Shown here piece after piece: positions 57,662-64,000 of a DNA stretch of 64,000 bases (position 1 is the first letter of the stretch; each line of letters begins with the position of its first letter). Source of the stretch: Candidatus Latescibacterota bacterium (lineage in GTDB: Bacteria > Latescibacterota > UBA2968 > UBA8231). Location: contig OZ244561.1 of assembly GCA_965217585.1 (NCBI GenBank), positions 4,800,001 to 4,864,000 on the forward strand. The letters run 5' to 3'. The notes under the pieces are model-generated. The model did not search any database. It saw only the letters and a list, made by a program, of their open reading frames with translations, and was not told the origin of the DNA. Position numbers and translations under genes: made by a program.

Positions 57662-58846
57662 TCAAAAGCGCAGCGTGGCGATGGCTGATAGGCCGCCCTT
57701 GGGGTCCGGAACCAAACCGACCGAGACCCGGCGGGCTTCAGGTTTCAGGTGGAGCTTAGCTGAAAGGGGCTTGCGCCATAGTTCCGACGCAATCGTCGCA
57801 CCAACAACAGGACTCAAAAGGACACTCCAGGCTAGTAAACCCTCACGACCTTTCCAGCGGGGATTTTCTCTTAAAGCAGAAGGTACTGCTACCCCCGCCA
57901 GTGCACTGCCCGCGAGTGTTCTGCGGAAATTATCCTGCGTACCAACCCCGTTCACGCCAACCGCGGCTCCAACTATAGTGCCGCCCTGAAAGCCAAAATA
58001 AACATCGACAGGGCCAAACGTCATCAACGCGAAGGTCGCTCCAAGACCTCCGCCAACGAGACCCCCTAGCCCACCGGCTGCCAACTTTTTGACAATCCGT
58101 ATGCCGGTCCCCCCTTCCCTTTCCCTCACCTTTGGCGGCTCTGTGCTGTTCTGCGATACTTCGATCGACTTACCGCAGTTGGCAAAGGCGATATTGTCTA
58201 CCGTGAGCAACCCACCTGTCTCGGCGTATAGGCAGCGCAGGCCGTCTCGTATCGCGGCGTTGAATACGTCGGCGAGGCCGCTACGCTTAATGACAATGCC
58301 ATACCAGTCGGCCCCCAACGAAGTAGTCGCCGCCGAACGAAAGACGATGCCGCCCGCATGGGCATGGAGCTGCCCTTCGACGATCAGTTCCGCTTGGGTA
58401 GAGTCCAAGCCGCCTTGGGTATCATCGTGGTAGGGCAGAAAGTGGACCTGCGTATCGGGCGCAAGGGTCAGGGTCGCTCCCGACGCAATGGTCACATCGC
58501 CGCCGACATACACCGTGTCGCGCCACGTCGTGTCCTGTTCGATCCGGCCCGTCCAGTAGTCGAGAGAAGTTTCTATAGTTTTCGTCTGTGCCGAGAGACT
58601 ATCGTCGCTAGCGGCTAAGGACGGTTCGTTTGCCAGCCGGGGTTCGGCCAAGATTTGCACCATCAGAGTATCGTCGCCCACGACTATGGTCTGGTAGCCC
58701 GCTGGCAGAGGTTCGGCCATTTGCACCACCAAGGTATCGCCGTTCACGACCAAGGTCTGGTAGCCGTCTGGAGCGGCTATCGCCGGCTGAGTCAACAGCC
58801 CGCATAAGACGAGTAGGGACATGAAGCGGTTCAGTTGGGCAAACAT
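57662..58846 (-). CDS. Secreted/membrane hypothetical protein with Gly-rich helices and a conserved C-terminus
   Basis: Signal peptide, duplicated GYQT.VV..DTL.VQ, GDVTI..GATLTL, C-terminal ...LSAIATLRF. Confidence 0.75.
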   Translation of the reverse strand: MFAQLNRFMSLLVLCGLLTQPAIAAPDGYQTLVVNGDTLVVQMAEPLPAGYQTIVVGDDTLMVQILAEPRLANEPSLAASDDSLSAQTKTIETSLDYWTGRIEQDTTWRDTVYVGGDVTIASGATLTLAPDTQVHFLPYHDDTQGGLDSTQAELIVEGQLHAHAGGIVFRSAATTSLGADWYGIVIKRSGLADVFNAAIRDGLRCLYAETGGLLTVDNIAFANCGKSIEVSQNSTEPPKVREREGGTGIRIVKKLAAGGLGGLVGGGLGATFALMTFGPVDVYFGFQGGTIVGAAVGVNGVGTQDNFRRTLAGSALAGVAVPSALRENPRWKGREGLLAWSVLLSPVVGATIASELWRKPLSAKLHLKPEARRVSVGLVPDPKGGLSAIATLRF

Positions 58847-58881
58847 GCTTGTCTCATGTATGAATTATCTAGATGCACCAT

Positions 58882-59796
58882 TCAAAAGCGCAGCGTAGCG
58901 ATGGCTGATAGGCCCCCCTTGGGGGCCGGAACCAGACCGACCGAGACGCGGCGGACTTCAGGCTTCAAGTGGAGCTTAGCCGAAAGGGGCTTGCGCCATC
59001 GTTCCGACGCAATCGTTGCACCAACAATAGGACCTAAAAAGGCACTCAAGACAGATATAGCTCCGAAAATTCCGGAGGCAGTTTCATTATTGACATCGGC
59101 AAACATAAAAACTACACCATAAGGCACTCCTGACCCTAACAGCGCACTGCCCGCGAGTGTTATGAGGAAATTATCTTGCGGATCAACCCAGCTCACGCCA
59201 GCCGCAGTTCCAACCAAGTTGCCACCCCAAAAGCCAAAAAGGGCAGGAATCTCGTTGCCAAAATCACCGTCGTCGCCCGACACCATGAGGGCCCCTCCTA
59301 CGAGACCACCCCCGATACCTCCCAGCACGCCGGTCACCAACTTTTTGCCCATCCGTGTATCGGCTTTATAGTCCGTTCCTACAGAAAGCGTATCCAGTGT
59401 CCCTTCAAACCCGCCATCGGCACGGCTAACAGCTACCTGAGCACTGTTACGCTCTACCGTTTCTGAGGAAGGTGCTCCCATTAGGGTCAGCCTTTGAATG
59501 CGATCCACGGCGATCCGCTGCGGCCTACCGTTTCGCTCCAAGACCAAGGTCAACACCTCTGCGTCGACAGATTGAACGTAACCTCTAGTCGTAACCAGTT
59601 GTTCCCACTCCCTCAAGATCGGATGCGGCTTATCCTGTATGTGGATGACCACCGCCAAGGCCCCCACTTCCACCGTGCTGATGTCGATCTCGCTGGCCTC
59701 CAACACCACTTCTGCCCGCACAGCCGCTGGCCAGCACAATCCCGAGATCAGGACGAAGGCCGCAATGCGCTTTTCCATCTCAACCATCCTCGGCAT
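58882..59796 (-). CDS. Hypothetical protein sharing the C-terminal module with 57662..58846
   Basis: Signal peptide, Gly-zipper helices, near-identical last ~50 aa. Confidence 0.75.
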   Translation of the reverse strand: MPRMVEMEKRIAAFVLISGLCWPAAVRAEVVLEASEIDISTVEVGALAVVIHIQDKPHPILREWEQLVTTRGYVQSVDAEVLTLVLERNGRPQRIAVDRIQRLTLMGAPSSETVERNSAQVAVSRADGGFEGTLDTLSVGTDYKADTRMGKKLVTGVLGGIGGGLVGGALMVSGDDGDFGNEIPALFGFWGGNLVGTAAGVSWVDPQDNFLITLAGSALLGSGVPYGVVFMFADVNNETASGIFGAISVLSAFLGPIVGATIASERWRKPLSAKLHLKPEVRRVSVGLVPAPKGGLSAIATLRF

Positions 59797-60071
59797 TTGA
59801 TGCCTGTTGGCTTATTTATTGAGTTTCAAAGGCGCGGCGACGGCTGACCGGCTTCCTCTATGATTTGGCAACCATCGCCGCTAATTATTAGTGGTCTTAA
59901 TATAGAACCCGAAAAGAGGCCTATAAGAGCACCGGTCGCCAACTTTTTTGGCAGTTCGGCGGAAAACCAAGCAGGAAAGGGATGGCCCGTGAGAGATAGG
60001 GCATGGCCGGAGTTAGCGGACCTTCGGCGCGAGACCTTCTTGCGGGAACGGGGATACAGAGGATGTCGATT

Positions 60072-60332
60072 TCAGGAAAGGGCTTCGAGGCTCAATAAAT
60101 GGCAAAGTTCAATACCGTCATCCAACTCTTGCCAATAAATGGCAAAACCGCCCGGTTCTATGGACCAGTTGGCTCGTTGTTCGTCGGTTGCGCGGCGCAA
60201 CCAATCCAACCAATAAACGGTGTCCAACAGGATGCTGATTTCGCGCCCATCACTCAAGGCGACATATAGTAGATTATGGTCAAAACGGACGCTTGTTGCG
60301 GTAACGGTCTTTTTATCGGGAGAAATAAGCAT
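60072..60332 (-). CDS. DUF2442 family antitoxin
   Basis: V.F....L.V.LSDGREI..., WL..AT.EQ..NW.I..GG..IYW.ELD. Confidence 0.85.
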   Translation of the reverse strand: MLISPDKKTVTATSVRFDHNLLYVALSDGREISILLDTVYWLDWLRRATDEQRANWSIEPGGFAIYWQELDDGIELCHLLSLEALS

Positions 60333-60351
60333 TCCAAGCTTCCTCTAATGC
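60313..60351 (-). pseudogene. C-terminal stub of a DUF4160 toxin
   Basis: ALEEAWNAYFSR* overlapping the DUF2442 start; nothing DUF4160-like upstream. Confidence 0.55.
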
Positions 60352-60547
60352 TGGACTCCTCAGTGAGGCTAGGGGAAGTATAAACAAAGGTCCAAAAACC
60401 ACCAACAGGCGACTTCCGGTGCTTGTACTGCAATGTCCATGCCAGTACCGATAGTCTGATAGAGCAGCTTGTGGTCGGCGGAACGTTTTGCAGATTGTTT
60501 TGCGGCGAATTCTTGACAAGTCCGGCGGAAAAGCGTAACAAACAGCC

Positions 60548-62575
60548 ATGAAAAATCCCCTTCTTTGCGCCGTTCTCATCGCCGCCTTGAGCGTCCTGCC
60601 CGCCACTGCCGACACCATCGTCGTCGGTGCGAGCGGACTGGGCTGGCGCAGTGGTGGCGGCGAAATCCAAGCCAAGGTCATTCGCAGTGCCCAAAGCGTT
60701 GAGAACACCAACGCACCCGGCGGCGTTATCGACTTTGCACCCGCTAATTTTGCGGACTGGATTTTTCCCCAGCGCGCCGATACCACGCTAAACATCGCCC
60801 TCGAGGCCAACACCGAGTCGCGCGGCGGTTCGATCACCTCGCCCAACAACCTCAACGTCCGCGGCGAACTGGCCAAGCTCATCGACAACGATGGCCAAAG
60901 CGGCCTCGATCTGCGCTTGAGTGCCGGGGCCAAAAGCGCCCAGGTTTTGGGGTTGATCATCGACTTGGATTTGGGCGCGCGCTTTGGCATCGATCGCTTC
61001 CGCTTTTTTCCGCGCAACGCCGCGCCCGAATTCCCCGCGCCGAATTTCCCCTTCCAGAACGACTTCATGCGCAGCTTTGAGATCTTCATCAACGACGGCA
61101 CGCCGGACACCCAGCGCGAAGGGGTGCCCATCCGCACGAGCGTGGCGCTGGAGGGCCAAAACGAAGAGGCGGTTGTCGATATCCGCATCCCGCCGCAATA
61201 CGTGCGCTTCGTGCGGCTCAAGTCCCTGACGGCGCTGGGTTTTGACATTGCCGAGTTCCAGGTCTTCGGCACGGGCTTTGTCCCCGAGGCCGTCTATATA
61301 TCCAACATCTTCGACTTTGGCGATCTGGCGCTGTTGGGCCATGTGCGCTGGGTGCAGGAGCAGGTCGGCGACGCGCAGCTCTCGCGGGTCGCGGTGCGTA
61401 CGCGGACTGGCATTGATCCCGAGCCGGTAGAATTCAACAAGGTGCGGCCCGGCGAGCAGATCTTCCGCGTCGGTGGGGGCAATGTCGGGTTGCGGTCGGA
61501 TGGGGCTGGGGTCAGCAGCGGCACCGGGATCAGCGGGGGCTTGGGCACGAGCGAGGTGGGGGTGCCGTGGAAATTCGCCAAAGACATCGAAGACGAGGCG
61601 CTGCAAGCGCTGGTTGCGGAGATCCTCGACAACGAGGAAGTGGATTTGCGCGACGCCGTGCAGGCGTTTAAGGCGCTCTCGCAGCGCTATCTGGAGGAGG
61701 CAGTACAAGGCGACGATCCGTGGTGTGCATTCGTCAGCTTTGAGGAGCCGCACGATCCCTTTATCGCTGGCCGCGAATTTTACGACCGCTATGCAGAGCA
61801 AGAGCTGCTGCCGCCGCCCAATGCCGATGATGATCTGGCGGACCGGCCGGGGCTTTATCGGCGAGCGCAGGGCATTTGGCGTCAGCTCAACGAGGAGCAG
61901 AAGCGTGCAGCGCGGGCGTGTTATTTCGCGTCGATTAGCGAAATAGATGCCCAATTCGGGCGGGTGATCGACTTTCTCGCAGAGGCGGGCAAACTCGAGG
62001 ATACGATCGTTGTAATGTGCGCCGACCACGGGGATTTGTTGGGAGCGCACGGTCTGTTCTTCAAGGATATTTCCGCTTTTGAAGAAGTGTATCAGGTGCC
62101 GCTTATTGTGCGTGGCCCGGGGATTGCTATGGACGCTATTTGCCAGGGTCGAGTTGGCTTGCACGATTTGTGCCCGATGTTGTTGGAGCTGGCCGACTGC
62201 GAGCCTATTGCTGGAGCCGATGTCCGCTCTTTTGTCGAGCTGTTGCGCGAACCGGCCCATGTCGCCGACGAATGGACCCGAGGGTATGCCGAATACTTTG
62301 GCAACCGCCACCGGCTGACGCAGCGGGTGGTGTGGGATGGGACGTGGAAGTTTGTGTTTAACGGCTTTGATTTCGACGAGTTGTACCAGCTAGACGAAGA
62401 TCCATACGAAATGAAGAATCTGGCGCAGGATCCAGCCTATGACGAGCAGGTTAAAAAGATGACGCGGCTCTATTGGCGTTATGCCCGCGATACGGGTGAC
62501 ACGCCGCTTTTTGAAACGCTCTATCCCGCGCTGCGTTTGGGTGCGGTGGGACCGCTGGCGGCGGATGAAGATTAG
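60548..62575 (+). CDS. Chimeric ORF: secreted discoidin-like N-terminal half fused to the C-terminal half of a sulfatase
   Basis: Signal peptide, IDLDLG..F.I.RFRF.PR; then PHDP, ID..FG, ADHGD..G.HG...K, VPLI, ELY.L..DP.EM.NLA; no CxPxR motif. Confidence 0.7.
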   Translation: MKNPLLCAVLIAALSVLPATADTIVVGASGLGWRSGGGEIQAKVIRSAQSVENTNAPGGVIDFAPANFADWIFPQRADTTLNIALEANTESRGGSITSPNNLNVRGELAKLIDNDGQSGLDLRLSAGAKSAQVLGLIIDLDLGARFGIDRFRFFPRNAAPEFPAPNFPFQNDFMRSFEIFINDGTPDTQREGVPIRTSVALEGQNEEAVVDIRIPPQYVRFVRLKSLTALGFDIAEFQVFGTGFVPEAVYISNIFDFGDLALLGHVRWVQEQVGDAQLSRVAVRTRTGIDPEPVEFNKVRPGEQIFRVGGGNVGLRSDGAGVSSGTGISGGLGTSEVGVPWKFAKDIEDEALQALVAEILDNEEVDLRDAVQAFKALSQRYLEEAVQGDDPWCAFVSFEEPHDPFIAGREFYDRYAEQELLPPPNADDDLADRPGLYRRAQGIWRQLNEEQKRAARACYFASISEIDAQFGRVIDFLAEAGKLEDTIVVMCADHGDLLGAHGLFFKDISAFEEVYQVPLIVRGPGIAMDAICQGRVGLHDLCPMLLELADCEPIAGADVRSFVELLREPAHVADEWTRGYAEYFGNRHRLTQRVVWDGTWKFVFNGFDFDELYQLDEDPYEMKNLAQDPAYDEQVKKMTRLYWRYARDTGDTPLFETLYPALRLGAVGPLAADED

Positions 62576-62613
62576 GACTGGGACGAGATCTCGCAAAAAT
62601 AGAGGAGCTATCG

Positions 62614-63774
62614 ATGGCACGAGATATCAAGATCACTCGCATCACTACGACGCATTTCGACTACGAGATCGCCGATATGGAGTTGGAGGAGCAATTGGGC
62701 TTTGACACGGTCTATAGAAAAGGAGGTCGTCTGTCTCAGCGCGGCGGCTTTCTGACCATCGAGACCAGCGCCGGGGTCAGCGGCACTGCGCCCGGCGGCA
62801 TCGACGCCCGCACGGCGCAGTACTTGCTCGGCCGCAACCCATTGGACCGCGAGATCATCTGGCACGATCTCAAGCGCTCGCGGCGCGGCCAAGATGGCAC
62901 GCCGCCCGGTTCGGCAGATGAGGCGCTGTGGGATTTCGCCGGCAAACTCTACGACGCGCCGATCTACGAGCTTTTAGGCGGGGGCTGGCGCAAGAAGTTG
63001 CCGGCCTACGCCTCGACCTACCACGGCGACGAAAACGGTGGTTTGACGACGCCGGACGACTTCGCGCAATTCGCGCTGCGCTGCAAGGAGCAATACGGCT
63101 ATCCGGCGTTTAAAATCCACGGCTGGGTCAACGGGCCGATCGACCGCGAGGTAGCGGCGGTGTTAGCCATCCGCGCGGCGGTGGGCGACGATATGGATCT
63201 GTTGCTCGATCCGGCCGGGTGTTTTCCCACTTTTGAGGACGTGCTCAAGGTGGGGCGCGCCTGTGACGAGGCGCGCTATATGTGGTATGAAGACCCGTTT
63301 AGGGGCGGTGGGTTTTCGCGCTTTGCCCACGCCAAGCTGCGCGAGCTGATCAAGACGCCGATGCTGATGGGCGAACACGTGCGCGGGCTGGAGGCCAAGG
63401 CCGATACGATTACCGCCGGTGCCACTGACTTCGTGCGCGCCAATAGCAGCGCCGATGGCGGCATCACCGGGGTGATGAAGATCGCCGCTATGGCCGAGTC
63501 GCACGGGCTGGACGTGGAGTTGCACGGCGGCAGTCTGGCGCATCGCCACATCATGGCGACCTTGCGCAATGCCAACTATTACGAGTTGGGCTTGGTGCAT
63601 CCTCTGGTCAAAGATACCAAGCCGGCGGTTTACAGCGAGCGGCGCTGGCTCGACGAGTTGGATTCAGTGGATGAAAATGGCTGCGTGGAAGTGCCAGAAG
63701 GGCCGGGGTTGGGCGTGGAGGTGGACTGGGATTGGATCGAGGACCACAAGACCGGGGAAACGGTTTACGAGTAG
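62614..63774 (+). CDS. Mandelate racemase/muconate lactonizing enzyme family protein
   Basis: ALWDF.GK...P.Y.LLG, KIH, LD, WYEDP, GE, H, P.GPGLG. Confidence 0.92.
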   Translation: MARDIKITRITTTHFDYEIADMELEEQLGFDTVYRKGGRLSQRGGFLTIETSAGVSGTAPGGIDARTAQYLLGRNPLDREIIWHDLKRSRRGQDGTPPGSADEALWDFAGKLYDAPIYELLGGGWRKKLPAYASTYHGDENGGLTTPDDFAQFALRCKEQYGYPAFKIHGWVNGPIDREVAAVLAIRAAVGDDMDLLLDPAGCFPTFEDVLKVGRACDEARYMWYEDPFRGGGFSRFAHAKLRELIKTPMLMGEHVRGLEAKADTITAGATDFVRANSSADGGITGVMKIAAMAESHGLDVELHGGSLAHRHIMATLRNANYYELGLVHPLVKDTKPAVYSERRWLDELDSVDENGCVEVPEGPGLGVEVDWDWIEDHKTGETVYE

Positions 63775-63933
63775 AGCACGGTGGTGCGCACGGTGGCGGT
63801 GGGTATTAACCCGATGCGAGAAATGCCAATATCGACGATATTTTATTGCGCAAGTAACCGCTGAGTTTGATAAAGCTCAAGTCTTTAGTTGCTGCTTGGG
63901 AAATACCGATGGAGGATTTTAAGGAAGGGACTT

Positions 63934-64000
63934 ATGGACCTTGAGTTGAAAATTGAGAATTTGGGGCCAATCGACAAGGCGACTATCCAAGTTGGTCGGT
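63934..64000 (+). CDS. Start of an AAA/ABC ATPase, truncated by the window end
   Basis: MDLELKIENLGPIDKATI, AAGGA RBS. Confidence 0.6.
   Translation, partial: MDLELKIENLGPIDKATIQVGR

Noticed and set aside
57661-59033. 3'-end repeat pair as DGR template and variable regions
   Set aside because: No reverse transcriptase in the window, both copies are coding, and the differences are largely synonymous and not adenine-specific
60313-62311. Long antisense ORFs (60313..61272, 60788..62311) and similar ones such as 24325..25728 and 42104..43159
   Set aside because: Shadow ORFs of GC-rich genes with no motifs; only the last 13 codons at 60313 are kept as a stub

Overview
GC-rich bacterial window. 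Its gene content (DUF6785 membrane proteins, CRTAC1/ASPIC, FlgD/T9SS-like plus LRR proteins, aldo-keto reductases, GH116) resembles sponge-associated Latescibacterota/Gemmatimonadota-type genomes; this is inference. Main blocks: (1) an alkyl-DHAP synthase-like gene overlapping a DHRS7B-like SDR; (2) an 18 kb minus-strand restriction-like defence operon (SNF2-DUF3883 helicase, DUF1156 methylase, DUF499 ATPase) with about eleven accessory genes stacked between the core genes, the junctions marked by diverged copies of the methylase gene's own 5' and 3' ends; (3) an Opp/Dpp-type ABC transporter operon; (4) a 31.6-35.8 kb insertion hotspot with an intact ISAs1 element, a transposase-free element with 20-bp TIRs and a 7-bp TSD carrying two low-GC orphan genes, and orphan antitoxins; (5) carbohydrate and redox genes and surface proteins. 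A recurring pattern is small two-gene TA-like modules in which one partner is missing or reduced to a stub. No rRNA, tRNA, CRISPR array or integrase was seen. All domain calls come from motif recognition by eye, not database searches.
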